Shown here: one piece after another, positions 26,291 through 41,939 of the stretch | Position numbering within the stretch: the stretch's first letter is position 1 | How the letters are laid out: every line of letters begins with the position of its first letter | Source of the DNA: Bigelowiella natans CCMP2755 | Taxonomy: Eukaryota > Protista > Cercozoa | Length of the DNA stretch: 64,000 nucleotides | Assembly: GCA_000320545.1 (NCBI GenBank) | Contig: ADNK01000694.1 | Span: forward strand, 33,765-97,764 | Direction: 5' to 3' | The notes under the pieces: generated by a model | Seen by the model: the letters and a program-made list of their open reading frames with translations, nothing else | Told to the model about the DNA's origin: nothing | Database searches by the model: none | Translations under genes and position numbers: made by a program

Positions 26291-27703
26291 ATGATGGCTG
26301 TGGATGAGGATGAACGCCAGAGACCTACTCGAGAGCATCTAGAGCTCCATTCTATCCGCCTCAACGATGAGCAGCTTCAGCTTGTGAGTAGAGGGGTGGT
26401 TGGTTGGAAACCATCCTTGTTGCTTACTGTTAATGCTAATTTGTAGGCTGCTGATGATGATCATGGTGGCGGCGAGATCGGCGAGATGAAGGGTGAACAT
26501 TACGAGATGGCTGACGATGGTTGTGAAGTTTTGGGGGACTTAGATGGCGAAGGAAAAGGAAAGCTCACCGAGAGGGATTACAAGGTCTGCAAGGACGCCG
26601 TAGTCCAACGTGATTGTTTCACATTATGATGTTTTCCAAGTGATGGGTTCTATGCTACTTACATACTCACCATATTCTACTATCGTCATTCCTCAGCTAT
26701 TCCATCTTCTCATTTTTGGAGTCTATGCGACCAACGTCCTAGGACAAGTAACAAATGCATCTTCGTGTAAAATTGTGTTGAAGTTCTACTAAAATTATGA
26801 CGTGTTGAGGGAGAATGGGGCGATGAAGTTCTACTAAAATTATGACGTGTTGAGGGAGAATGGGACGATGTTCGTTGAATCAGGACGCAGTGATACCTTG
26901 TGTGCCGCTTATTCAAGAAGACTTGGGGTTTAGCTCTGCAACCATCGCTCTTGTAGCATCCTTTCAAGGTTCTCAGTATACCAACATATGACTAAGTCTC
27001 TCTGGCGTGCAACTTACACCAAGGCGTCGAGCTGCTCTTATTGTAGCTAATAAGATAGCAGTCATTTTTAATGACAGGCATGATACTAACAGCAACGTAG
27101 AATCAAATAGTACATGTTTTCCTCCTGATCCACCTGTGATGCGGTGATTAAAGCTATTCCACGCCGACTACAAAGAAGAAACCGCATTATCTGCTGCTGC
27201 TATGATGATGATGATGATGATGATTGGTTTGGGTGTTCTTTTTCTGGCATGAGATAGCTGATCTTATCTTATTGAACATCTCGTCTTATGTTTATCAGAC
27301 ATGGGAATGGTATCTGGGAAACTTATTCATGGGTGGCTTATTGATGCTCTTGGTCCTCGCCGGTTGATGTTCTACACCTTCATGGCTCTCTCAATGGTAG
27401 TATTGCTGACAATATATATATACGGGGGAAAATTATCACGAGATTATGATCATGCATCATTAGTTCCTGTTCGCGTTGTCTTTCGCTTCCAACTTCGGCC
27501 TCTTCGCTTTGCTGATGGCATGCATCAGGTTTCATTGTTCTAACATGCTGCTGCTGCTGCTGTTGTTGCCGCCTTTGGCGAGGACCAGCACATAATATGA
27601 CTACTACAAATTTCATGGAAAAAATCCTGCTGATTTGTACCATTTACGATGATGATGATGATGATGATAATGATGATGATGATGATATAACTACTACTAG
27701 TAG

Positions 27704-27746
<43 letters not shown>

Positions 27747-27915
27747 GCCTACACGTAGCTACTGCGTCGCTGTTATCGGCTCATTGAGTAGTATTAGTAT
27801 TAGTAGTAGTAGTAGTAGTAGTAGAAAGTAATAGGAAGTAGTTGCTATTAGGTATCTATCGTAAATTCTTCCAATACTCGTATAATGAACCATTGACACT
27901 ACCCTCAACAACAAC

Positions 27916-27989
<74 letters not shown>

Positions 27990-28512
27990 ACAGTTTCGTA
28001 GGCTCTGCAACCGATCCTGCAGAAGTATGCATCATAGGAAATTGGTGTGCTGGCAATGCAAAGCAATTATCTAAAGGTAGAAGGGGGAGGAGAGAATATA
28101 TAAGCAATTATCTAAAGGTAGAAAGGGGAGGAGAGAATATTATGTGCAAGAAACTGCAGCCTTCCCCCCCCCCCCCCCACACACACAACGAATATACTTG
28201 GGTATGTAGACATGTATCATTGCATACCAACTGGGGCATGTTTGTGCATCATCCATACCTCCCCCATTCTCATCGTCGGCGTCGCCGTCCTCTTTGTTAT
28301 GATAATTAGGTATTTGGGTACTAGGATTGAGCTCTAAACTGTCAGGACTGCTCGCAATCGTCCTCTTCGCTGGGAGTTGTTGTTATTTGTTTGACGATCA
28401 ATAGTGTGACCCCACTCTCTCTTCTTCTTCTTCTTCTTCTTATTCATGCGTCAACTAGTTATGTAGAGAAATTCATCAATTTAAATATGTATTATGGTGA
28501 TGATGATTATTG

Positions 28513-28544
<32 letters not shown>

Positions 28545-28914
28545 GTTGTTATTGTTATTACCCCTGACAATGATGATAATGGAGGTCGTATTTATCTTAC
28601 AACTATACTTTGTTATTACAACAAGGAATGCTGCGGGTCATGACGTGGAGATGGGCACTTCGACTAGCGTTTTTCTTCCCTCTCATCGGCTGTGTAATTG
28701 GAGAGAATGTAGCAGCAGTAGCATGCAGCAGCATTAATGAATGAGCTTCCTTCTCCATACAAGAGGGAGGGGACAAGCACCAATAGAAGGCTTTAAGAAT
28801 AATACGAATAGGAGTAGTACAAAGCAGGAAGAATCCATTGCAGCAGCAGCATTCAAAAGTGCAAAAACATTGAGCATAACGGTAAGCTGGGAAATGATTC
28901 TTGTCCTATCTATC

Positions 28915-28954
<40 letters not shown>

Positions 28955-30414
28955 GCTGAATATTCCAGGCACTAACCCATTTCATAGTTAAAGACACATC
29001 ATCTGACCGAACAAGGCCAGGTTCTCTCCTCCTCCCCTGAAATCCATAGTTTGTTATCTATTCTATCTTACTCTCATGCTTCCTCCTCCTCCTCCTCCTC
29101 CCCCCCCCCTTTAACTTCTACTTAGGTCGTCCTCTCTCGCTTACAGCCTTGTTGAGTGCTGCAAAGCTGCTGTTTAAGGAGAGGTTGTTCTGGGGTGCTG
29201 CATGCGTTCATTCTGCTGCTGCTACGGTAGTAATAACTAACAAGATGCTGCTGCTTCAATAAACTCTTCTTTAAGTTAATAGGTGGTGGTGGTAGTGCCG
29301 ACATATTGTGTTATCTGCAGCCCCCATATTATCTCAGTACTGCTTGTACTACTTATTACTGCTTGTAATAGTGTAAACACTACCACCAACTCATAGGATC
29401 ATCCTTTAATAGTTGTTAGCTTCCTCCTTCCGTATTTAGCCCTCACCTTCTTGCCCTACTCCTCCTCCTCCTCTTTTCACAGATACGAAGGATGGATGTT
29501 ATTCTGGGTACCGTTTACCACGATATCACGGTATTATTAAAGCCTGATCACAGTCCTCCCTATTAAAGTAGAAACTATGATGATGATCATGATCATCATG
29601 ATCATCATGATCATCATAATGTTCTCTTTACCTGTTTATCTCTGTGAAAGCGAAGGAGGAGGAGGAGGAAGAGGAGAGTTTTTTCCCGTTATTACTCATA
29701 GTCTTATCATCATCATCTACATCCTCCTCCTATGGTGTATGAAATATTGTTATTATTAGGGTATATCCCCAGAGGATGCTGCTGCTTTAGTTGTTGCGGT
29801 ATGATGATGATGATGATCATGATCATGGTGATGGTGATGGTGATGATGATGATGATGGTGCTCTGTTTTGCGATTTACTAATGGCAAATGACGGTGATGT
29901 ATTTATGTCGCTATAATTATAAGATGAGGGAGGTGTACTTACATCTTTCTCATTGTTGTTATTGTTGTTGTTACAATAATCTCTCACAATCTGGATACTA
30001 TGATAGTTTCCGCTGGGAGTGATCCTAGGGCTACTGCTGCTGGGTACTGCTTTCCGACGACTGAAAAGAGGAGCGAAGCAACGGCTTCTTATCACCGGGT
30101 AAGGGGGGGGGGGAGGAAGGATGTAATTTTGTGCAGAGAATTCCTCTGCACATTTCATATGTAAGCAAGATGGTGTCTATGAAATAATGTACATCATGAT
30201 CATCATCATGATCATCATCATTCAATACCATCGTCGTCAGAATGTGGGGTCTCGTTGTGATTGGATGCCTAGGCTTGATGGCGGTTAGTTCTTGGGAGAG
30301 GAGGAGGGGGGAAGGAGGAGAGGAAGAAGACGAAGAAGAACAACAACCAGAACAGAAGAAGAGAGAGAAACTGACGGAAGAGGACCGGGGATGGCGGTGA
30401 AACTAGGGATGATA

Positions 30415-30450
<36 letters not shown>

Positions 30451-31362
30451 GTGATGAGACTACGAAGAAGGAGAAATAAAGAAAGAAAGAGTAAACAACC
30501 GTCTACATCATCATCCTCATCATCCTCATCATCATCATCATCATTATTATCATCGTAGTTGTTGTTTCTGTTGTTGTATGAATCGTCACGATGTATAATA
30601 CTATTGGTCATCTCCATCGTGTTGGTGGTCTTCTTCCAATCGTTGTCGTTGACAGGTTGCAGCACATAGAAGCAAAGCAAACAATAATAACCCTGATGAT
30701 ACGGCCGCTGGATTTGCAGGTGGTTTGTTTTTGGGGTGGGGGGAACATCATTAGGATATCAGAAGTAATTTAGTTATATTTTTCTTCTCGCCAGTAATTT
30801 CTGTATTCGATAGCCACCCCACCACCACCACCACCAGCAGCAGCAGCAGTAGTAGTAGTAGTAGTATCAGCAGCAGCTGAAGAGCTTGTTGTGTATTATA
30901 ATGATGAGAAACAAAGAGCCACCTACTACTCTTTCGTGTGTTTGCAGTGTATGTAGCAGCAAGGATAATTGTTTGAAATAATAATACATGTAGCACAATG
31001 TATTTGTGCTGCTGCTGCTGCTGAATGATTATGATATATGTTGGTAGGCCTTTTTGTTTTTCTCATTGGAGTCGGTGTATCTGTACCATACTACATGGTG
31101 AGAAAGATTTATTTACTTCTACTCCGTAACAACAATGACGAGAAAAAGGGAAAGAGGAGGAACTAGGGGGGGGGGAGGATAGAGAAGATGGGTCGCAACA
31201 CTGCATAAATATTATAAGAATCTCTTCAATGATGATGATGATGATAATGATGATGATGATGATGACACGTAGTAGAAGATGGATCTTAACACTGCACAAC
31301 TATCATAAGAACCTCCTCTTATTATTTTTCTTTCTTTTTGTTATTGTTTCTCTCTCTCTATC

Positions 31363-31415
<53 letters not shown>

Positions 31416-33460
31416 ATCTTCCTTTCTCAGGCAGCATATTCGTATGCAGCAGCTCATGGTGGCAAATCAATTGGTAGTAATACAATTGATTCAGTAGATT
31501 TCAAACCACCTCAACAATTTAATTTGACCTCCTCCTCCTCCTCCTCCTCATTCATCCTTTTCTAATATTTTAATCGTCAGGCCTCTCCGCAGCATTGATC
31601 GAGGCCTTTGCCTTCTGCGTGGCAGCTCTTGTGTAATTTACCTTTGTTTTCTTTCCTGTGTGTGTGTGTGTGTGTGTGTGCATATTTATGTATTATAGAC
31701 GACGGTGACTTGATTGCTGCACAGTTGTTCCCTCTTTACAATCTAACATTATATACATAGTATAACGGTAGTGTTTGCATTATTGTCTAAATACTTAAGG
31801 TATCTTATCCTTGGGGGGATAATCTCAATAAGGTAGTAGTAGTAGTGGTAGTAGTATTAGTACTGCTACATCTACGCATATGGGCTGAGTAGTAGTACCG
31901 ACAAAGATAGAACTAGATCTTTAGGTTTCGTACAACAACAACAACAACAATAACAATTTATGATGATGAATAGCAATAGCAGCATTTATTACCTCAATCA
32001 AAAGGCATCATGCATTGTCATCAATGTAAATATGTCCTCCTCCTCCTCCTCCTCATCATCATCATGCTCGTTGTGTGTTTTAGTGGTTGGTCTGTCGCCT
32101 TCTTCGTCCTTTCAGGAGTCGCCTTAACAGGGGGGTAGGAGGAGGCCACAATTAGAAGCTATAGCATTACAGTAGCAGAGCACTACTTGCCTACATACAA
32201 ATACAGCTGCTATAGTAGTAGTTGTTGTTGGTGCTGCTAATGTATTGTTGTTGTTGATCGTTGTTGTTGTAGTAGTAGTGTGTTCAGTGGAGAAAGGAGT
32301 GCTTTTCATCATCAACCACAACAACAACATTACAACCATCATTGTCGCTATGATTCATTCTCATCACCCCCATCACGACTACCTATATCGCCAACATCCC
32401 AACCTTTATTTCACCATCATTCCTAGAATTCTAACGTGGGTTTTTATGACGGCGCTGGAACGGCATGGTGGCGTTGCAGGTAGGTATTTATCACATTATG
32501 TGTGCAATCAAGGATAGTAGTAGTTGTGGTAAGAGAGGAGGTGAAGGAGGAGGATTAAGCAGCTTCTGGCAGTTTTTTGTTGAATTAAAGATCCAATACA
32601 TTAGAAGATATAGCAAAACCAACAAACATACAGTTTTATGATGATGCCTTATTATCATCGTTTTCTTGATTTCCGTTATTATCACTATCCTCTCCCTCCT
32701 ACTCCTCCTCCTTCTGGAAAAACACCACCACAACAATAACAAGGCTCTGATGAGGAAGTGGTAGTAGTAGACAATCATCACGGGGAGGAGGAGGATGAGG
32801 ACGATATGCATTACGATGGAAAAGATGGTCATGCGGCTGCAGCTTCTTCTGGTATCGTCGCAAGTGCTGATAGGAATGATTCAGTGATAGAAGAAGAGGA
32901 AGAGGAAGAAGAAGGCGGTGTTGGTGAGGCAAGAGGAGGAGGAGGAGGAGGAAGCTATCATGCGAAAAGAACTGAGAGAGAACTCAAAAATCCAAAGTAA
33001 TTTGGTGTTCATCTCCCTGCCCCTTTCTTCTTTTTCTTCTTTTACTTCCTTTTACTTATCGTCGTGGTTTCACCCCCTTCGATGCTTCTTTGCGTATAGA
33101 TTTGTAACCGTACATGTGTGTTTGTGTGTGTGTGTGTGTGTTAAACATCGTAAAGTGGTCCTACATACCACCCTCGTATTCTTCTTATTTTGTTCAATTT
33201 TTTCCTATTCCATTTCGCCTACCCTATCCTCCCACAGGCACTGTCGGTTGATTGCCCATGATGATGATAACAATGAGGAGGATGATAGCAGTGAGGGTGA
33301 GCATATGGCCGCAGCAGCTGGAGGAGGCTACTCGGTTGGTGTTCCTACCATCCCTATCGATGTTGTGAGCAACAAGCAGCATCAAGCTAATATTAATGGA
33401 GGTATGCGAAGATATTATGATGGCCAACGACGACTGGGTGAAGGCACTGAAATAGTATAG
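26291..33460 (+). CDS. Major facilitator superfamily transporter (resembles organophosphate:Pi antiporter / SLC37 type)
   Basis: MFS motif A GKLIHGWLIDALGPRR (~27316), CIIGNW, MTWRWALRLAFF, GISPEDAAALV, FPLGVILGLLLLG, GLSAALIEAF, GWSVAFFVLSGVAL; acidic tails; stop at 33460. The subfamily is an inference. Confidence 0.8.
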
Positions 33461-33479
33461 AACGGTACAACATAAGTCT

Positions 33480-34160
33480 TGCAAGCAGCCTATATGTGAT
33501 CTCGAATGCGTCACTGGCTCACACACACGCACACACACACACACGCACACATACGCAAACATACGCACATGCACTTAAAAGCCGTTCGAGTGTCTTGGGA
33601 TTTTAGTATCATTTACATGTAACATTGCGTGTTGCGAGTATGCGTGTATATCTAAAAGATCTCAGTGCTCTGAGCATGGGAAATTAGACCACCTTTGTGT
33701 TATTCTCAAGCGAACGAAACCTCTGGTGAACAAGTATGTCTAAATGTGGTGGCTATGTTTTCATCGTCGCTCATTTAACATGCAAAATACAATGAATCAT
33801 TCGAAAATGGCACTCATCTGCCACTGTGGAGCCTATAGCTTATTACGCGAACATCTCAGGACGAAGCATGGTTGTGTGCAGCAACTAGCATGTATAAGAC
33901 CTTATTGTCCATTGTTTCCAGTGTACGTCAATGACGAAGCATGCATGCAATGCCAGATTGGTGATTTACAGCAAGCTGGCGCTCGACTGGTACAGATTCA
34001 TCATTCACATGCATGCGCGCCTTTAAACGCTAACGTGCCATGTGATCATACATGCCAGACAACATGCTAGCATACTAGTAGTGTGTGTATGCAGTACTTT
34101 TGGATATGTTAATTAAATTTACTAATCAATCTCGCACATCGATCCACACATATGCATCAC
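33480..34160. mobile_element. Degraded repeat relic, partly TpA-depleted
   Basis: CATG/TGCA-rich and largely microsatellite-free patch between convergent gene ends; shares GT[A/G]CAGATTCATCA with the minus strand of ~58940. Confidence 0.4.
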
Positions 34161-34295
34161 AAATGCCAGCGAATAAGTAACGATTTGTATACAAAAGACG
34201 ACTTGTTATTAAAGCAGGTACATTAACGACTGTAGCAAATTGCAAACACCTAGCTGCTGTGAGAAAATGAATGCTCTATTCATATTCCATTTCCT

Positions 34296-34887
34296 TCATA
34301 AGCTTAATTCCAGAGGCTGTTTTATTTTTTTGAACTGAGGTGTTAATATAAGAAGAGTCACCATACAATGGAAAGGAAATGGACAAAAAGAGGCCTCTCC
34401 AGAATATCGTATACATGCGTTATGTCTTCAGTAAGTGTTGCTCTCTCGTATAGGATTTATTTGTGTTATTCAACCAGTGGTTGAAGCATGCCTCTGACTA
34501 CACACTACATAAAACGAAAGCACAATGAACCTGGAGGCATGCAAGTAAAAATAGTAGTTGAGTAACTTATTACCCTCTTCTTTTCTTCTGTCCTTTCTTC
34601 TTCCTGATTGTGGTTATTTTGGCCACTGCCTTCGCCTTGTGCTGTTTCTCCTTTCTTTGCTCTTGCTAACCTTTCTCCTCCTTTCTCGTCGGTATTTCCG
34701 ACTACTTTGTGACTTTCATTACTATTAACATTCTCGTGAGGCAGCGTCTCTGCTTTTCCTTCTTGTTCTTCTGACGATTGCATTATTTGCAGCGCATCTG
34801 CTGTTGTTGTTGTTGCTATTACTGCTGCTGTATCGGAAGAAGTAGAAGGCCTTTGCTCAATGGCACCACCACCACCATGACTATTAC

Positions 34888-34920
<33 letters not shown>

Positions 34921-35350
34921 TATTTTCATCACGGTTGTTGTCTTTTCCATGCACAGTCTTTTGACGTTTTGCTGCATCTCGTTCTATCTGCATTTGTTGT
35001 GCTGCGGCCATAGCCTCCACCATCTATTTACATCAGAAGAAGAAAAGGAAGAAGAAGAAGAAGAAGAACAACAATAAATTCTTAATGTTACATCTTTGAA
35101 ATATAATTGAAGAGTTAAGGCAATGATCAGCAATGAGTAAGAAAGTTGATGCTGTTGCGAGCACATTATCTGCAGGCTTGTTCGAGAAATACCACTTACT
35201 TATTTGCTTACGACAATATTATATATATATATATATATATATTATATCAGCAACATATGGTTGGTCATCAACAGTAAAAAGGATATTATGCTGCAAACAA
35301 CTTATATATGAATAATACACATATTGCACACAAGGAAGCTGTATACGGAA

Positions 35351-35389
<39 letters not shown>

Positions 35390-35827
35390 GCGCGCTTTCA
35401 CCACTACACCTTCTTTGCTGCATCATTCATTGCTTTTCTAATTTGAATAAGCTTTTTGTCGCTGACAGCATCGCCATCCTGATAATATTGTGTGAGTGAA
35501 TAAGTTGTTATACATGCAAAATGGCATCACATCATCATCCACCATCATCCTACATGGTGGTGATGAATGAGCCCTATCATGCAATGTTCTATCATCATGA
35601 TTTAGCCTGTTTATAGAGTGGTGAGATGTAGGCACTATTGTGTTCTTAAGTAGGTAGTGCTACTACTAGTAGAAATACCAGAATTTCCATTGCATTCATT
35701 GCAGCAGCGGCCTCTGCTGAAGCCTATCATTATTATTCGTTGTGTAATAAATATTGAATCAGATGCAGTAGTAGCACAAGTAGGAACAGCAATCAACAAC
35801 ATCATCAGGGCTACTGGCTGGGTGATG

Positions 35828-35859
<32 letters not shown>

Positions 35860-35912
35860 GATGGCAAAAACTACTCCTTTGTTCATTTCTCTGTGCATGC
35901 GTGTGTGCGGAG

Positions 35913-35955
<43 letters not shown>

Positions 35956-36190
35956 TTGTTTTATACTAATGCTGCTGCCCCAGTGATTTCGCCAGCAGCT
36001 ATTATTGCATTGGTGGCAGATCGAGCATGACCTGTATTTGTTCAAAACAACAAAGAAGAAAAAAAATGTGGAGAAGGAGGAGGAAAAAGAGGAATACGAT
36101 AAGAAAGAAGAAAATGAATAAAGAAAGAAATAGCGATGTAAGGAGGCCTACACTCAGCAGCGAGTAAGAATCGTAGTCAGTAGGTGGGAG

Positions 36191-36224
<34 letters not shown>

Positions 36225-36447
36225 CTCATAAAAGGTAGAATCAATGCAGTAGTAGCACTGGCACGAACAAAAGCCGAATAAAGAATCAATTATCTTCTTT
36301 TTCTTCTTTCACATAAGCTCTCCTCCTCCTCCTCCTCCTCCTCCTCCTCCTCCTCCTCATCCTCCTCCTCCTCACTTGCTCTCCTCTGCTGCTGATGTTG
36401 CTGCTGGGGGTCTCGATTCTGTGCAGAAGGACCAAAACTCAAATACT

Positions 36448-36483
<36 letters not shown>

Positions 36484-38393
36484 TGAAAGAGATAACCAAG
36501 TCTATGGCTACTACTACTACTACTACTACTACTACCTCCCATACTAACAATCATCATCATCATCATCATCATCATCAATATATATATTTTTGCTTTTATT
36601 CCTACGACTGTTGTCTGTTGTATCTCATCACAACCACCACCACTATCACAACAACAGCGACAACAACAACAACAACAACGATAACAACGACAACCACTAC
36701 TACTACTACTACTACTACTACCACCTAGTTTGATCATACTACCTTTTTCATTCCTTCTGGTATTACCACTGGAGGAGCAGCATCAGCAGCACCATGTAGC
36801 ACGGTATTGTCATTATTATCCACATTGTCCGTGCTATCCTCTCCTTTTTGCTCTGCTTCATCTTCTTCTTCTTCTTCTTCTTCTACTTCTTCTTTTTTAA
36901 GGTCATAAGGCACAGGAATAATTGCAAATCAACGATAACTATAATGATATATCGATGATGATGATGATGGTGATGATGATTGCACCAATGATACATCATT
37001 TAAGAATCAATTGTAGTATTAGGATCTATTTCAAATAAGTGATTTTTAGTAATAACAACCAATTGTTATCGTTGTATTATTTGTAGTAGGCCGAGAGGAA
37101 GGAGTGTCTTTACACATCGAAACACCGTTGTTGTTTTCTCCCAAATGAAGAGTAGTTGTAGTAGCAGGAAGTTCCTACCATATAATAATAATAACATAAA
37201 TAATAATAATAATAGTAATAATAATAATTAATAAAATGTAAAAGTACATGAATCATCAGCAGGTGTTAATAAATAACACACAACGGAGAATTATAACGAT
37301 GACAATGAATGAACGAATGACGACCGTGAGAAACTAATTGTATGAATAAATCAACCCCCTCCCTCCCTTCCTCCCTCCATGAAGCAAATGGTAACTCATA
37401 CTGCTACTACTGCTGCTGCTGCTGCTACTTTGAGCTTATTTCTGAGGGTCTTTGGAGATCCAACTGCGCGACAATGCTCTAAGATAGACTGTAACGCATT
37501 GTTATCAATCCTTTCACTCCGAAGCCATCGTGCAAAATCTGATAGCAGTAGTAGTAGTATATCATACTATTAGTACCAATATGTATAACCGCTATTATTA
37601 TTTCAAATAGTAACCTTTCTTGCTAACTGCTATGCATGCATGTATGCACACTTTGTCGTAAGCGAATCAGGAGGGTACTACCTTTTGCATGCACTATTTT
37701 CTGTGTTTGTGCATAATTCCTAATTTTGAGTTTGATTGGTTCTGGTAGCTGATTGCCGGCCATATTCACCAAATCGTGCAATGACTCTCCTTTCAGACCA
37801 GATCTTAGTAGTGGCAGCCAAACAATCAATCAAGCAGCAAATAGTAGGAGAAGTAGTAGTAGTAAGGACAAGATCATCAGTATCATCACCATCATTACCA
37901 TCATCCTTTCAAGTAGGATGTGTATTATATGCTCTTTTGATGTCGTAGTAGTAGTAGTAGTACCCTCTCTTTCCTTCTTCTCCAGTTACAATATGAAAGA
38001 GTTCAGATACCATTATCTGTTTGTTGGCGTTGAAGGATTTGATCATGGTGGTGGTGGTGGTGGTGGTGGTGGAAGAAGAGAATCATCGCAAGTCAACGAT
38101 TAATCACTTACGTGATATGTAAGAAGGACTAAATCACAACGAGCGAGTGAGAGAGTGATATGTTGTTATCTTTATTAATACTGCAAATATGATCATCTTG
38201 CTACTTGTTAATAAATGAAGAACGTTCGCTACAATTCAAAGTAGTAGCAGTGAAAAAGAATAGCAGTAGCACGTAACAACTTTGTTGTAATAATATGATG
38301 TATTCAAATACCAGTTGTTTCATTTTGTCAGCCTTTCCAAACCTGAATATGTATGCAAAACATACACGACGACGATGACGACGTGTGAGTAAC

Positions 38394-38459
<66 letters not shown>

Positions 38460-39097
38460 TTTATCTGTACTAATAATCCTACCCCTTTGCCAGCGATTTC
38501 TTCTTGGAAGAATGAGCTGTTGTATTTTCCCCTGCTGCTGCTGCTGCTGTTGTATCACCTGTTCCTGACTTGGTAGCACCCCCCCCCTTTATAGCAGCAC
38601 TCAATTGTTGTTTTGTGTTGTTTACGAAGAGATTCCTACTCTCTTGCTGCTGCAATGCTTTTCCCGCAGCCTTCATCTGATCAAAGTATGTAATGATATT
38701 TTAGGGTGTCCAGTAATTGAATAAGAAGAAGAGGAGGAGAAGAAAGACAGCAGCAAGTGACTAACTTAAGTGCAAGCAGCAGCACAATATGGTGTCCTCA
38801 ATTCTCGTATTAGTGTAGTAGTAGACTAGGTACTAGTAGTAGCAGTTACTTTCACATAGAGTTATTATTTCTAATGAGTCTTTGCACAAGAACGATGTTA
38901 TTACCATCAGCATATCAGCTCCTTGAAATTGTATACTACGCCTCCTGAGGAGGAGTTTGAGGAGGGTAAATTAGGTATAAATGAGGATTGTAGTGATGAC
39001 ACAATTATGATAGACGACGTGAATAATCGCTAGTGTGTCGTCATCATCCTTAACAAATGGTAACGCAAAACCCTGGTTCTGATCATACATCGCAAAG

Positions 39098-39128
<31 letters not shown>

Positions 39129-41085
39129 TTCTCCTACTACGACAAATAGTACACATAGATACACTTAAGAAGAGATGTTTTAACCATACCATACCGTGAA
39201 TCAATAGCCATGGCTTTGACTAATTCTTGAGCGGTTATCTTCTTTTCGTTCGGGGACTGATGAAGAAGAAGAAGAAGAAGAAGAACAACAACAACAACGG
39301 GTAGGAGGAGGAGGAGGAGGACGAGCAGAGTAGGGCACACATTACTTAGAGGAATCATACATACAGCAATGCTGTAAATGTACTCACCAACATATACACA
39401 TATTATTTCCCACAATTTATATACACACCAACATATATACATACTACTTGCAATTTAGACGCGGCTTTAACGTATTTGTTTCCTCAATAGAAATCATGAG
39501 GCAAACGTAGAAGCAAAGAATAAATAAGAAATATGCTGGTAGAAATAATAATAGTTTTAGAAGCTGCATACATACATATATACATACACACATACATACA
39601 GAGAAACAATGAAGAAAATAGAATATTTGATTTAGATTTTCTTTATCGTTGTTGTTCTTTTCTTTCTTTATTCAATACTACATCGTCGTCAAATGTTGGG
39701 ATTAACGATGGCTATTATTATTTATATATTTCACGCATAATACCATGTAGAACTAAATCAAGAAAGAGGAGTACCATCATGATTTAAATGATAGCGGACA
39801 ACAAATAACCAACGACAAATGAAGGAATGAATGAATGATCATCGTGACACAAATGAAGTGGTGACACCGGCCAAATCGCAAAATTATGGATGATTCATAA
39901 AATAAATGAATGAAACACCAAATGAAGCCAACAGCAATACAACAACAACATGTATATATATTAATAAGATACCAATTGAAGACAACCAAATTGATGAATT
40001 GATTGATATAGTCAAGATTATTCAAAATGCGGAAAAGTCAGGATAACTACAGACAGTATCATATGCCGCAATTCTATATAGCCTTTTTGTATGCAATATA
40101 TCTTATTTACAACTACAACTACTACTACTACTACTACTACCACTACTAATCTACTGTATTAGCTAGAGAGAGAGAGAGAGCTCACTGGTGTGCCCCATAA
40201 AATACCATGTGTGCTGCTTGCTGCTACTGCTTCAAATGCATCAACAACTTCCATTTATTATCCGAATAATGGTGTTGTTGTTGTTGTTGCTGCTGCTGCT
40301 TTGTTCTTCTCCACCTTCTCCCCCCTTCCTCCTCCTCCTCCTCATCCTCTCCATTGACATTATCATCATTATTACCATCATTCTAAATATCCGTTGTTGG
40401 AATGCGTGTTGTTGAAATTTCATTGTATTAATTGATTGTTACAGATGATGTCGGTCGATGCACACAGCGCCGATATGACGAAATTGTCCATCAAAATCAA
40501 AACGATAGCCGTGTCATGCGTAATTATCAAGATGCAATCCCCCCCCCCCCAAAAAAGAAAAATAGAGACACAAACCCCAACAATTGATGAAATTACCCAA
40601 AAAATATAAATTAAGAATAAATGAATTGCTTATCTCCAATGCTGTTGATTCTATATATGTAACAAGCTGAGTATCTGGCCTCTTCCCCCCCTTCTATTAG
40701 TTTTTGGTGGTATTACTACTATGATCTTCTATATTCATTACGATGGGAATGGTCTCTTCTTCTGGCTGCAAGGGAACCCCATACCTAATATAGGTAGGTG
40801 GTATACAGATATGTTTGTTTCGATTCTACGGTTTAGAATAGATGATTTGGTCGCAGTAGAAGCACTTTTGATGATAACAACTTTTCTCACCCCCTCTCCA
40901 GGCTTTGAGTAAAGACATCTACAACACTCAATGACTCACCCGACAAATATCTTGGTGAAGTCTTTAATGGGAACCTAATATTATTATTATGCCATATATT
41001 CCAGTTATAATAATAACAAAACATATAACAAAACATCACCTGATCCTCTCTATTCCCTGGCATCATAATCATCATAATCATCATT

Positions 41086-41118
<33 letters not shown>

Positions 41119-41403
41119 TACCTGCATTTCCTTATGTATGATGTGGCATCCCACTCTGTAATCAACTGATGATAATGAAAGAGCATAAAACAATGCATGT
41201 AGTGTCATCCAAGGAATACAAATAATGGAGAATAAGAAACATAAATCATGCATTAACAATCAACAAATTCTTTCTTTCTCAACATAGTCAGATAATCATC
41301 GTCACTAACGTCATAATCAACTCCTATAACGATAATAATACCTTTTAGTTTGGTGTATGTTCTAGCACTTTCCATCTGATCATATCATAGTCGTGTTTGC
41401 ATC

Positions 41404-41437
<34 letters not shown>

Positions 41438-41791
41438 GTGATACATTCATATTAGATGCACTTTGATGTTATATAGCTGCTGCTGCTGCTGCTAGTTTTT
41501 TTGATTGGTGCTTGTGCTATAAGGTAGTAGAACACCTTAATACTGTTTGTTAATGGTGGTATCTATCGTTCATTGTCGTCGATATTTACTACTACTACTA
41601 CTACTACTACTACTATTAGTACCATTGCCTGTGCCATTGAAATCTCTCGATTATCACTATAAACTATCTCCTAAGTAGTAGTTGGTTGCATAGCAGTAAG
41701 TAGTGGAAGAAGAAGAAGAGAATGGAATCAGTCGAGGATAAGTAGCAGTAAGTAGTGGAAGAAGAAGAAGAGAATGGAATCAGTCGAGGAT

Positions 41792-41823
<32 letters not shown>

Positions 41824-41899
41824 TTTCCATCATGATAGTACTACGACTACTAATAGTAGTATTTAGTACAAAGTCGGCAGTAGTATCATATACACACAA

Positions 41900-41939
<40 letters not shown>

